Source of the DNA: Candidatus Latescibacterota bacterium
GTDB lineage: Bacteria; Latescibacterota; UBA2968; UBA8231
DNA length: 64,000 bases
Direction of reading: 5' to 3'
NCBI GenBank assembly: GCA_965243025.1
Contig: CBDETY010000003.1
Coordinates: forward strand, 640,001 to 704,000
The position numbers and the translations under genes are program-made. The notes under the pieces were generated by a model. That model had not been told where the DNA came from and did no database searches. It worked only from the letters and a program-made list of their open reading frames with translations. Of this stretch, positions 1-9,848 are shown one piece after another. The stretch's first letter is position 1, and each line of letters starts with the position of its first letter.

Positions 1-100
1 CGTCGCCTCCGAGGAGGTGTCCCTCAACCGCCTGTTCCCCGGCCAGGCCCTCGACACCCGCGAGCCCCCGCCCGGAGATTTCGACACATGGTCCAGGTAG
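1..100 (+). CDS. 3' end of a probable class II glutamine amidotransferase (MgsA/GlxB-like), truncated by window edge
   Basis: Frame 2 reads VASEEVSLNRLFPGQALDTREPPPGDFDTWSR* (TAG 98-100), overlapping the next ATG at 88; ASEE motif and position before GXGXG/FMN subunits fit this family. Confidence 0.5.
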   Translation, partial: VASEEVSLNRLFPGQALDTREPPPGDFDTWSR

Positions 101-2042
101 ACCTCGCCGAGATCCCGGTCCGCCGCGCCAACGAGCTGATCCGCGAACACGGGGAGGCCGGTGAGGACGTCGAGGTCCTCAACCCCGACGCCCGCCACCA
201 CATCGGCGTCGGGCTGACCGCGCCGGTCCGGGTGCGCGTGCGCGGCTCGGCCGGGTACTTCTGCGCCGGCCTCACCGACCGCGCCCGCTTCGAGGTCGAC
301 AACAACGCCGGCTGGGGCCTGGGGGACAACATGTACACCGGCTCGGTGGTGGTCCGGGGGAACGCCGGGGCCATTGCCGGGGTCGCCATCCGCGGCGCCG
401 AGCTGGTGGTCCACGGCAACGTCGGCTCGCGCGCCGGCCAGGTGATGAAGGCCGGCACCCTCTGCTGCGCCGGCAACGCCAACTTCATGGCCGGGTACAT
501 GATGTACGGGGGGCGCATCATCATCCTCGGCGACTCGGGCGAGCGCGTCGGCGAGGACATGACCGGCGGCGAGATCTTCGTCGGCGGCAGGGTGCGGGAC
601 CTCGGCAGCGACGCCGCTCTGACCGACGCCGGCAGCGACGAGATCGACGGCGTCCGCGAGTTCCTCGACCGCTGGGAGATCCCCTTCCGCGGCGGCTTCA
701 GCAAGATCGTCAACGCCGGCGGCAAGCTGCGCTACGGGACCGAGGAGCCGACGGTGCGCAGCCTGCCGTTCTTCACCTACTCCGGCGGCTCGCAGTACTG
801 GAACGGGAAGATCCAGGAGGACATCGGCATCAAGTCGCGGATCGGGCGCTACCGCATCCGCGGGTACGGCGCGGCGCGGCCGCTGCCCCACCTCGCCGAC
901 CTGGGGTTCCGCGCCGACCTGTCGCGGGCCGGCAGCGACCCCGAGGTCCTCTCGAGGGTGCGCATGCGCACCGAGATCGGCGGCCTCAACGGCGCCGAGC
1001 CGCTGAAGCTGAGCATGCCGGTGATGGTGGCGCCGATGAGCTACGGCGCCCTCAGCCGCTCGACGAAGCAGGCGGTGGCGATCGCCTCGGGGATGTCGGA
1101 CATCGCCGAGAACACCGGCGAGGGGGGGATGAGCGACGCCCAGAGGACTCGGCCAAGCAGCTGATCTTCCAGTGCCTCGGGGGGCGCCTCGGCTGGAACA
1201 TCCACGACATGAAGCGGGCCGACGGCCTCGAGATCTACATCTCGCAGGGGGCCAAGCCCGGGCTCGGGGGCCAGCTGATGGCGAAGAAGGTGACCCCGGA
1301 GCTGGCCGCCATCCGGGGCATACCGGCCGGCATCGACCTGCGCTCGCCGTCGCGGCATCCCGACATCCTCGGGGCCGACGACCTCGTCATCAAGATCGAG
1401 GAGTTCCGCGAGGCCACCGGGTACCGCCTGCCGGTGAGCGTCAAGCTCGGGGCCGGCAGGGTGCGCGACGACATCAAGATCGCGGTGAAGGACGGCTTCG
1501 ACTTCGTCGAGCTCGACGGCATGCAGGGGGCCACCGGCGCCGGCAGCGGCGAGGTCATCGACCACGTCGGCATCCCGACCCTGTCGGCGATCATCGAGGC
1601 CGAGGAGGCGCTGGCCGAGATCGGCCGCCGCCGGGACATACAGATCGTGCTCATGGGCGGCCTGCGCGACGGCGTCGACGCCGTCAAGGCGCTCTGCCTG
1701 GGAGCGGACGCGGCGGCGTTCGGCACCTCGGTGCTGATCGCCGGCGGCTGCATCGCCTGCATGCAGTGCCACGTCGGCCAGTGCGTCACCGGCATCGCCA
1801 CCCAGGACCCGGAGCACGAGGAGCGCTACCACGCCAACACCGAGGCCCTCAACATCCACCGCTTCCTCGAGTTCGTGCGCTGGCAGATCGCCGCCATCAC
1901 CCAGGCCCTCGGATACGCCGACACCGGCGACCTCAACCGCGGCGACCTCGTCGCCCTGACCCCGGACGCCGCGGCCATCACCGGGCTGCCGTACCAACCC
2001 CGGCCGCAAGCGGAAGCGCCCGCGGGAGTCAGCCTGCCGTGA
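88..2042 (+). CDS. GXGXG beta-helix domain fused to FMN-binding glutamate synthase domain (MgsB-MgsC-like fusion), one frameshift at ~1146
   Basis: GxAG repeats, MSYGALS, NTGEGG, then SQGAKPGLGGQL, DLRSPSRHPD, SVKL and 3Fe-4S motif CIACMQCHVGQCVTGIATQDP. Adding one G in cagagg(g)actcg joins ORFs 88-1164 and 1209-2042 as ..AQRDSAKQLIFQCLGGRLGWNIHDMKRA.. Confidence 0.8.
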
Positions 2043-4585
2043 GCGTCTACGACCTCCACCGCATCGAGATGCCGCAGGCCCCCTCGGGGTTCGCCGACGA
2101 CAGCGGGGGGACGCATTTCGTGCCGGCCCCCTGCCAGGTCGCCTGCCCGGTGGGGACCGACGCCCCCTCGTACATCGCCCTCATCTGGGAGGAGAAGTAC
2201 GCCGAGGCGTTCGAGGCGATCACCGCCACCAACCCGTTCAGCTCGATCTGCGGGCGCGTCTGCGACGCCCCGTGCGAGCCGGCCTGCCGGCGCACCGACA
2301 GCGACGGGCCGCTGCAGATCCGCAACCTCAAGCGCTTCGTCATGGACAAGGTGGGGCACCGGTACGACCCGCCGCCGGTGCCGGTGACGAAGAAGGAGAG
2401 CGTCGGCATCGTCGGCTCCGGACCTGCCGGGCTGACCGCCGCCCACGACCTCTGCGTCGCCGGGTACACCGTCGACGTCTACGAGATGAGCGACCGCCTC
2501 GGCGGCATGATGGCCTGGGGCATACCGGCGTTCCGGCTGCCGCCCGGGATCATCGACGAGGACATCGACCGCCTTACAGGCAAGTGCCAGGGGCTCAACG
2601 TCCACCTCAACACCGAGCTGGGGAAGCACGTTCACCTCGAGGAGCTCAAGGAGCGGCACGACGCCGTGCTGCTGGCGATCGGCTCCTGGTGGGGCAAGCC
2701 GATGGAGATCCCGGGGGAGGAGCACCCGCTGGTGGTCGACGGGGTCGGTTTCCTGCGCCGCGTCAACGCCGGCGAGAGGCCTACCCTGCCGGAGAAGGTG
2801 GTGGTCGTCGGCGGCGGCGACGTCGCCATGGACGCCTGCCGCGTCGCCAGGCGGCTGCCCGGCTGCGAGCACGTGACGGTCATCTACCGCCGCGGGCCCG
2901 ACGAGATCCCGGCGCGCCGCATCGAGCTCGAGGGGGCCGTCGCCGAGGGGATCGAGTTCGTCTACCACACGCAGCAGGTCTCCGTCGCGGAGCACGGGGA
3001 CGGACTGCGGCTGCGGTGCGTGAAAACCGGGCTCGGGGAGCCGGACGAGAGCGGCCGCCGCAGCCCGGTCGCGGTGCCGGGCAGCGAGCACGAGATCGAG
3101 TGCGGCATGGTGATCGCCGCGGTCGGACAGAAAGGGGTGTGCGGGGAGCTCGACCGCATCGGCATGATGCTGCCCGACCGGGTGCGCACCCGCTGGGAGA
3201 CCATGCGCACCGACGATCCCAAGGTCTTCGCCGCCGGGGACGGCGCCTTCGGGGGCTCGACCATCGTCCTGGCCATGCACCACGGACAGCGGGCCGCCTA
3301 CTACATCGACCAGTACCTCGAGGGGAACGACGACCCCATGCCGTACCGCACCCCCTACCGGACCCGGCAGGTCGACGTCGCCCAGGACATGATGTGGGAG
3401 CGCTTCAAGCTGCAGCACCCCGAGTTCTTCGGGCTCGGCGCCGTGCCGGTCGAGTTCCCCGAGATCGAGGCGACCTACGACGACGACACCGCGAAGAAGG
3501 AGGCGGCCCGCTGCTACCGCTGCGACGCCGAGACCGGAACCCCCGACTACTCCGTGCAGCACCGCGAGGACCTGTTCTCGATGGCCCGCATCGGCCCCGA
3601 CGAGCACGACAAGCGCCGGGCGATGCTGCAGCGCCGCCTCGAGCCCCGGGAAAACCCGTTCCCCGAGGAGCGCCCCGCGCAGCTCGACGACATCGTCTTC
3701 CTGCCGGCCAACCTGTCGCGGCTGGTCATCGACCCGTACCGCGAGGCCTGCCGCGTCGACTTCGATCTCGGCGGCCGGATGCGGCTGGAGCACCCCTTCC
3801 TCGTCACCGGGTTCGACGGGACGCCGCGCGAGGTGCGCACCGCCGTTGCCCGGGGGCTGAGCGAGGCCGGGGGCGTCTACCTCGGGGCCCGGAAGCTTCC
3901 CGGGGAGGAGGAGGTCCCCTGGGTTCAACTCCTGGTAGGGGGAGGGGATGGGGCGGACCCCGGGGCCGCGGGCTTCGTACAGCCGTTCGCCGCGGATAGA
4001 CCGCCGCCCACCGGCCTGGAGCGGGTCGTCGAAGGCCAGTTGCTCGGGCTGGCGGTGTCGTCGGCGAGGGACCTCGAAGCGGCGCTCGCTTACGCTCTGG
4101 AAGGCGGGCTCGACCTGCTGGTGCTCGACGGCACCGGCGGGCTCGCCGCAAGTGCCTGGCCCGAGCTGCGGGGGGCTCCCGACCTCGGGCTGCTGCGGGA
4201 CGCGGTCGCCATCCTCAGGCGCCTCGACCGCGAGGAGGAGGTCGACCTCGTCTGGTTCGGAGGGGTGCGCTCGGGAACCGACGCCGCCAAGCTCGTCGGC
4301 CTCGGGGCGGTCGCCATGGTTCTGGGAGTCTCCACCGGGATCGCCGCCGGAGGCCGGATCTCCGGGGATTCCCTGGTCTTCGAGGCCGGCCTGGGAACGG
4401 ACGAGCGGGCCGAAGCGGTGGCCAACCTGATCAGGGCGAACACCGGCGAGGCCTCGATGATGGCGCGCTGCACGGGCAAGACCGATCTCCACAACATCGA
4501 GCCGGAAGACCTGCGCGCCCTCACCCTGGCGACCGCGGAGAGCGCCGGCCTGCCGCTGGCCGGGACCAGGGAAGAGAGCGGCTGA
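2039..4585 (+). CDS. GltD-like FAD/NAD(P) Fe-S oxidoreductase fused to a degenerate C-terminal glutamate-synthase FMN barrel
   Basis: GTG at 2039 overlaps upstream TGA (GTGA); PCQVACP, ICGRVCDAPCEPAC, GSGPAG, GGGDVAMD, VFAAGD, EAARCYRC; C-terminal GGVRSGTDAAKLVGLGA. Confidence 0.8.
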   Translation: MSVYDLHRIEMPQAPSGFADDSGGTHFVPAPCQVACPVGTDAPSYIALIWEEKYAEAFEAITATNPFSSICGRVCDAPCEPACRRTDSDGPLQIRNLKRFVMDKVGHRYDPPPVPVTKKESVGIVGSGPAGLTAAHDLCVAGYTVDVYEMSDRLGGMMAWGIPAFRLPPGIIDEDIDRLTGKCQGLNVHLNTELGKHVHLEELKERHDAVLLAIGSWWGKPMEIPGEEHPLVVDGVGFLRRVNAGERPTLPEKVVVVGGGDVAMDACRVARRLPGCEHVTVIYRRGPDEIPARRIELEGAVAEGIEFVYHTQQVSVAEHGDGLRLRCVKTGLGEPDESGRRSPVAVPGSEHEIECGMVIAAVGQKGVCGELDRIGMMLPDRVRTRWETMRTDDPKVFAAGDGAFGGSTIVLAMHHGQRAAYYIDQYLEGNDDPMPYRTPYRTRQVDVAQDMMWERFKLQHPEFFGLGAVPVEFPEIEATYDDDTAKKEAARCYRCDAETGTPDYSVQHREDLFSMARIGPDEHDKRRAMLQRRLEPRENPFPEERPAQLDDIVFLPANLSRLVIDPYREACRVDFDLGGRMRLEHPFLVTGFDGTPREVRTAVARGLSEAGGVYLGARKLPGEEEVPWVQLLVGGGDGADPGAAGFVQPFAADRPPPTGLERVVEGQLLGLAVSSARDLEAALAYALEGGLDLLVLDGTGGLAASAWPELRGAPDLGLLRDAVAILRRLDREEEVDLVWFGGVRSGTDAAKLVGLGAVAMVLGVSTGIAAGGRISGDSLVFEAGLGTDERAEAVANLIRANTGEASMMARCTGKTDLHNIEPEDLRALTLATAESAGLPLAGTREESG

Positions 4586-4595
4586 GGCGGGCGAG

Positions 4596-4750
4596 TCCGC
4601 TTCACTTTTTCAGCTACTCCATCGACACGCGGGCAAGGTAGGTCGAGCAGGGCGGCGGCTTGCGGCTCCCCTGCCCGGAGTGGGTCTGGGCGTGGCCCTT
4701 CTTCCGCTTCACTTCTTCAGCTACTCCATTGACACCGGGGGCGAGGTAGG
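4596..4750. repeat. Two ~47-bp imperfect direct repeats in a convergent intergenic region
   Basis: tccgcttcactttttcagctactccatcgacac.. at 4596 and tccgcttcacttcttcagctactccattgacac.. at 4703; partial third copy near 9750. Confidence 0.7.
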
Positions 4751-4806
4751 ACCGGGGAGGCTGAGGGCTCGCGCCACCTGCGCGGGGCTTGGCCTTCCCG
4801 CCGCCT

Positions 4807-7800
4807 TCAGCGCAGCAGCGTGAGCTTGCGCGTCCGCACCCCTTCGGGGGTCACCAGCCTGTACAGGTAGATGCCGCTGGCAAGGGAACGGCCCTCGTTG
4901 TCGCGCCCGTCCCAGTGGAGGCGGTGACTGCCGGCTTTCTGGTCTCCCCGGCGCAGGACCGCCACCCGTTGTCCGGTGAGCGCGAAGATCTCCAGGCGCG
5001 CCGGCCCCGGAGAGAGGAGGACGTAGGGGATGACGGTGTTGCTGTTGAACGGGTTGGGGGCGTTCTGCTGCAACAGGAGCTCCTGCTGCCGGTTCTGCCT
5101 GAGGCCCGGGGGCTTTGCCGGGATTCCCGGGTGCAGGTGAAGCCGCGTGTCCAGCAGCAGGATCCCGCCGTCCTGCAACCCGCAGGCCAGGCTCGTCCCA
5201 TCCGGGGAAAACGCCACGGAATTGACCTTGCGCACATGTCTTGCGAGGGTGGCGGCGATCTCCTTCCCGGGTACGTCCCACAGCTTGACCCTGCCGTCGT
5301 GGGACGCCGAGGCAAGGGCTGTTCCATCGGGAGAAAACGCCACGGAGCGGACCGCGGCGGTATGCCCGGAGAAAGTGACGGCGCTTCCTTCGTCCAGGTC
5401 CCACAGGCGGACGGTTCCGTCCTCGGATCCGGAGGCGAGGATCGAGCCGCCCGGGGAGATCGCCACCGAATGGACCGCACCCCCGCTTCCGCGGAGTCCA
5501 TTCCCTTTTCTTCTGGCGTCCCAGACCTTTATGGAACCGTTGTTCAATCCGACGGCGAGGGTGGTGTCGTCGGAGACCGCCACCGAAAGGACAGGGACCG
5601 AAGCCCAGTAAAGGGTGATCAGGTTCGCCCCGGCCGGATCCCAGAGCCTGACTGTCTTGTCCTCCGATCCGGAGGCCAGCAGCGCGCCGCTTGGGGAAAA
5701 CGCCACGGAACTGACCACATCCAGGTGGTCGTACAGGGTGGCGGTACTCTTCCCCGTATCGAGGTCCCACAGCTTGACGGTCTTGTCCTCCGACCCGGAA
5801 GCGAGGGTCCTCCCATCGGGGGAGAAGTCAACCGACCGGACAACTGCCGTATGGTCCTCCAGACTGGAGGTGCTGCCCGTTCCCGGGTCCCACAGCAGGA
5901 CCGAGTTTTCCGACCCGGAGGCCAGGGTCGCCCCGTCGGGGGAGAAGGAAACCGAAGCGACCTTCCCTGCATGTCCTTCGAGGCTGCTGCTGCTTCCCGT
6001 CGCCGCGTCCCACAGTCTGACCGTGCCGTCAGCCGAGCCGGAAGCCAGCCGTGATCCGTCCGGGAAGAAGGCCACCGAGTTGATCCAGGCCGTATGTCCG
6101 GAGAAGGTTTCGGCGCTCCGCGCCGCCATGTCCCACAGAAGAACCGCACCGCCCTCCGACCCGCAGGCCAGGCTGCCTCCATCCGGGGAGAAGGCGACCG
6201 ACCTGACCCCGCCCCTGTGCACCAGGAGGGTGGCGGTATTCGTTCCCGCCCCTGCGTCCCAGAGCTCAACCGACCTGTCGGATCCCGAGGCCAGCGTCCT
6301 GCCGTCGGGCGAGAAGGCCACGGAATTGACCGCGTCCCTGTGCGCCGGAAGGGTGGCGGTATTCGTTCCCGATGCAAAATCCCAGAGCCTGACCGATTTG
6401 TCGGCGGACCCGGACGCCAGGGTGGCGCCGTCCGGTGAGAACGCCAGGGAATGGACGAGACCTGAATGCCCTTCGAGGGTGCCGGCGTCGGTTCCGGCCG
6501 CCACGTCCCACAGCCCGACGGCTCCCCCGGGCGAGCCGAAGGCCAGTGTGGCCCCGTCCGGTGCGAAGGCAACGCATCCGCTCCCGGGCCCGATGTCGGC
6601 GATACGCTGTCCGGCGTCGACGTGCCAGAGCTCGACGGAGCCCCCCTCCGGGCCGCCCGCGGCGAGGAGGGTCCCGTCGGGCGAGAAGGCCAGGGAATGG
6701 GCTTCTTCGGCGGGGAGGCGCAGCAGGGGAGCGCCCGGCGGCGCCGCGTCGTACAGCCAGATGCCGATGCCGCTGGCCACCGCGAGGCGGCTGCCGTCGG
6801 GGGAAACGGCTACCGCCCTGTCCCCGAGTCCGATCCTGCCTTTCCCCAGGCGGACGGTCCCGTCGTCGAGCACCCGCCGGGTCTGCAGGTCGTCCTCGAA
6901 GACGGGAATGCCGATCCCCGTGGCGTCGAAGGTCACCCGTCCGAGCCCCGGAACCGCTGCCTCGACCCTGTTGGTTCCCGGGTTCGGACCCAGGGTGAGG
7001 AAACATTCCGCCCTTCCCCCGGCAGCGGTGGTCACCTTCTCGACCGCGAACTTTTCGCGCAGCCTCCCGGACCCCGCAGTGACGGAAAATGCGACAGCGA
7101 CGTTTTCCAGTCCCCTGCCGTTCCGGTCCCTTACGGAAACGACGAACGGATCCTCCAACCGGGAGCCGGTCCATCCCCGGCCGTCGTCCCCGGAGATTTT
7201 CACCAGCCTGTGCGGGATGGGACGAATCCACTCCGACACGTCCCACAGGCGCAGGGTGCCGTCGAGCGCGGCCGAGGCGAGAATCCCGCCTTGCGGTGAA
7301 AACTTCACCGAAGTGATCCGGAAGTCATGCCCCCTGAAGGTGGCGGTGGCTTCCCCTGTGCCGACGTCCCACAGCCGGATCGTGCCGTCCGACGCCGAAG
7401 CGATGGTGGCCCCGTCCGGGGAAAAGGCCAGGGAATTGACGTTCGTTCCATGTCCGGACAGGGTGGCGGTGTTTATCCCGGACGCCACCTCCCACAGCCT
7501 GGCCGTGGCATAGGCCCCCGAGGCGAGCAGCTGCGAGTCCGGTGAGAAGGCCAGCCACCTCACCCGGCCTCTGTGCCCCTCGAAAGCCATGGAAAGTTGC
7601 CCCGTATTCACCTCCCACAGGAGCAGCCAGCCGTAGGCTGACCCAGCCGCCAGAGTGGCCCCGTCGGGAGACACGGCCATGGCTCCGACCCGGCCTTTGT
7701 GTCTCCCAAGGGAGTAGGTTCTGTTGGTCCGCTCGACCAGGTCCCACAGCTTGATCGTGGAGTGGGACCTGGAGGCCAGCGTCCTCCCGTCGGGGGCGAA

Positions 7801-9177
7801 CACCACCGAGGTCCAGCCATGGTGCGTAAAGGTTGAGGTGATCTCTCCCGTATCCAGGTCCCTCAGCTCGATCGAGGTGTAGGTTCCCGAGGCCAGCGTC
7901 CTGCCGTCGGGGGAAATCGCCAACTCGCCCCAGGAGTCGTCGAACTCCAGGGTAGCCGTGGGTGTGCGCGTCCCCAGGTCCCAGAGTTTGACGGTGCGGT
8001 CCTTCGACGCCGAAGCCAGGGTCTTTCCGTCGGGGGCAAAGGACAGCGAGCTGACCAGGTCCGAGTGTCCCCGGAGAGCGGCGATCTGGTTGGGGGAAGT
8101 CTGCCAGAGAACGACAGCCTTCCAGGCCCTGTTCCCATTAACATCGACTGCCGAGACCCGCACTTTGTGGGCGGCGGAATCGGCAAGGCCCGAATTGAGG
8201 GCGGACGGCACGACACCGTCGAAATCGAATTCGGCGACGGCTCTTTTCCCGGACAACCTGCGGCACGCCTTGACCTCAAAAAATCCGGCGGAGCTGTGCG
8301 GTTCCCGCGTAGTCACGAACAGGGACACCTGCTGAAGACCCTCCGCATCCTGGATCTCGAGGCGTACCGGGACGGTTTCAGACCCTGCGGGATACTCGGG
8401 CAGCGAAAGGAGCTCGACCGTCGGGGCGGTCGTCTCTTCGGCCGGCGCGCCCGGCAGGAAGTAGGGGTGCACGGCCAGGAACCCGGCGCTGCACGCGGAC
8501 AACCGGTTCCTGGTGCGGCCGTAGGACATGAGGTAGGAGTCATCGCGGAAATCGTGAGGCAATCCGAAGGCGTGGCCGAGCTCATGGGCGGCCAGAACCC
8601 AGTCGAAGTCCGCCGAAACCACTGCGCTGCCGCTGTTTCTTCCCTTCCTGCCCCCCTTGCCCCGCGCGCTTCCGGCGCCCACCAGGTTGCTGCTGTTGTC
8701 GCTGACGATCAGGTAGACGCTCTGGGAGAAGTCGAATGACCCGGCGACCTCGACGGCTTCACCTTCGTGAGTGAGGTAGTGGCTGTCAGGGTGCCGGCCA
8801 TTCACCCGGTGAACCAGCGGCTCTCCACGGACATCGGTCTCGATGCGGAAGGTCCGGTCGCCGTACCCGTGCCACCGCAGCTGCCTGGCATAGAAGGACT
8901 GAACCTGCCTGATGACGGTTTTCATCGAATCGACCACGCCGGGCCGAAAGGGACGGTCGCTCGGCAGGAAGTAGATCAGCCGCACCGTGCGCGGGGCTGC
9001 GGAGTCGAGGTCGGCCAGCCGCTTGGCGGCGGCCGTGGTGTCGCGGGTCAGGTGATCGAAATCGAGGGGGCGGCAGAAATGCACGCTGCCGGGAGGGGAA
9101 GACGCGTGACCGGCGGCGGCCGTGAACAGAACGAGGCCGAACTGGAGAAATGCAAAACGAAGAACCCGGGGTTTCAT
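4807..9177 (-). CDS. Secreted metzincin-like peptidase / WD40 repeat / Ig-like / FlgD-Ig C-terminal protein (copy 1, ~1456 aa)
   Basis: Start MKPRVLRFAFLQFGLVLFTAAAGHA (signal peptide); HELGHAFGLPH with Met-turn YLMSY; about 20 GH..V.SVAFSPDG..LASGS.D..V.LWD repeats; tail QNAPNPFN..WDGRD..G..LASGIYLYRL. Confidence 0.9.
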   Translation of the reverse strand: MKPRVLRFAFLQFGLVLFTAAAGHASSPPGSVHFCRPLDFDHLTRDTTAAAKRLADLDSAAPRTVRLIYFLPSDRPFRPGVVDSMKTVIRQVQSFYARQLRWHGYGDRTFRIETDVRGEPLVHRVNGRHPDSHYLTHEGEAVEVAGSFDFSQSVYLIVSDNSSNLVGAGSARGKGGRKGRNSGSAVVSADFDWVLAAHELGHAFGLPHDFRDDSYLMSYGRTRNRLSACSAGFLAVHPYFLPGAPAEETTAPTVELLSLPEYPAGSETVPVRLEIQDAEGLQQVSLFVTTREPHSSAGFFEVKACRRLSGKRAVAEFDFDGVVPSALNSGLADSAAHKVRVSAVDVNGNRAWKAVVLWQTSPNQIAALRGHSDLVSSLSFAPDGKTLASASKDRTVKLWDLGTRTPTATLEFDDSWGELAISPDGRTLASGTYTSIELRDLDTGEITSTFTHHGWTSVVFAPDGRTLASRSHSTIKLWDLVERTNRTYSLGRHKGRVGAMAVSPDGATLAAGSAYGWLLLWEVNTGQLSMAFEGHRGRVRWLAFSPDSQLLASGAYATARLWEVASGINTATLSGHGTNVNSLAFSPDGATIASASDGTIRLWDVGTGEATATFRGHDFRITSVKFSPQGGILASAALDGTLRLWDVSEWIRPIPHRLVKISGDDGRGWTGSRLEDPFVVSVRDRNGRGLENVAVAFSVTAGSGRLREKFAVEKVTTAAGGRAECFLTLGPNPGTNRVEAAVPGLGRVTFDATGIGIPVFEDDLQTRRVLDDGTVRLGKGRIGLGDRAVAVSPDGSRLAVASGIGIWLYDAAPPGAPLLRLPAEEAHSLAFSPDGTLLAAGGPEGGSVELWHVDAGQRIADIGPGSGCVAFAPDGATLAFGSPGGAVGLWDVAAGTDAGTLEGHSGLVHSLAFSPDGATLASGSADKSVRLWDFASGTNTATLPAHRDAVNSVAFSPDGRTLASGSDRSVELWDAGAGTNTATLLVHRGGVRSVAFSPDGGSLACGSEGGAVLLWDMAARSAETFSGHTAWINSVAFFPDGSRLASGSADGTVRLWDAATGSSSSLEGHAGKVASVSFSPDGATLASGSENSVLLWDPGTGSTSSLEDHTAVVRSVDFSPDGRTLASGSEDKTVKLWDLDTGKSTATLYDHLDVVSSVAFSPSGALLASGSEDKTVRLWDPAGANLITLYWASVPVLSVAVSDDTTLAVGLNNGSIKVWDARRKGNGLRGSGGAVHSVAISPGGSILASGSEDGTVRLWDLDEGSAVTFSGHTAAVRSVAFSPDGTALASASHDGRVKLWDVPGKEIAATLARHVRKVNSVAFSPDGTSLACGLQDGGILLLDTRLHLHPGIPAKPPGLRQNRQQELLLQQNAPNPFNSNTVIPYVLLSPGPARLEIFALTGQRVAVLRRGDQKAGSHRLHWDGRDNEGRSLASGIYLYRLVTPEGVRTRKLTLLR

Positions 9178-9254
9178 GGCTGGTCTCCGTTGATTTCGGT
9201 GCAAGCCGCAACAACCGCCGCTGACCAGAAGGTAGTTCAGGGCGGGCGAATACA

Positions 9255-9736
9255 AAGGCGGGCTCGACCTGCTGCTGCTCGACGGCACCGGCGGGATCGC
9301 CGCAGGCCCCTGGCCCGAGCTGCGGGGCGCTCCCGACCTCGGGCTGCTGCGGGACGCGGTCGCCATCCTCAGGCGCCTCGACCGCGAGGAGGAGGTCGAT
9401 CTCGTCTGGTTCGGGGGGGTGCGCTCGGGAACCGACGCCGCCAAGCTCGTCGGCCTCGGCGCGGTCGCCATGGTCCTCGGGGTCTCCACCGGAATCGCCG
9501 CCGGAGGCCGGATCGCCGGGGATTCCCTGGTTTTCGAGGCCGGCCTGGGAACCGCGGAGCGCGCAGAAGCGGTGGCCAACCTGATCAGGGCGAACACCGG
9601 CGAGGCCTCGATGATGGCGCGCTGCACGGGCAAGACCGATCTCCACAACATCGAGCCCGAAGACCTGCGCGCCCTCACCCTGGCGACCGCGGAGAGCGCC
9701 GGCCTGCCGCTGGCCGGGACCAGGGAAAGCGGCTGA
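9255..9736 (+). pseudogene. Duplicated 3' fragment of the 2039-4585 oxidoreductase gene
   Basis: Near-identical to 4101-4585 (aaggcgggctcgacctgctg.. to ..agcggctga); lacks the 5' part and a start context. Confidence 0.9.
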
Positions 9737-9848
9737 GCGCGGCCCTGCCTCCACTTCACTTCTTCAGCAAACACATCGCACTCGGAGGCAGACCGGGCAG
9801 GGGCGCTGGCTTTCGGCATCCCTTCCCCGCCTGGCCTGCCCGCCGCCT

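Noticed and set aside
1141-1150. Programmed ribosomal frameshift
   Set aside because: No slippery heptamer; the same one-base-loss pattern occurs in three unrelated genes
1172-2038. N-terminal part of the 1137-aa ORF
   Set aside because: Arg/Pro-rich off-frame shadow of the FMN-domain gene; the real gene starts at GTG 2039
9178-9819. N-terminal 214 aa of the 1670-aa ORF
   Set aside because: It is the antisense read of the duplicated oxidoreductase fragment; the true start is MKPRV at 9177, as in the paralog
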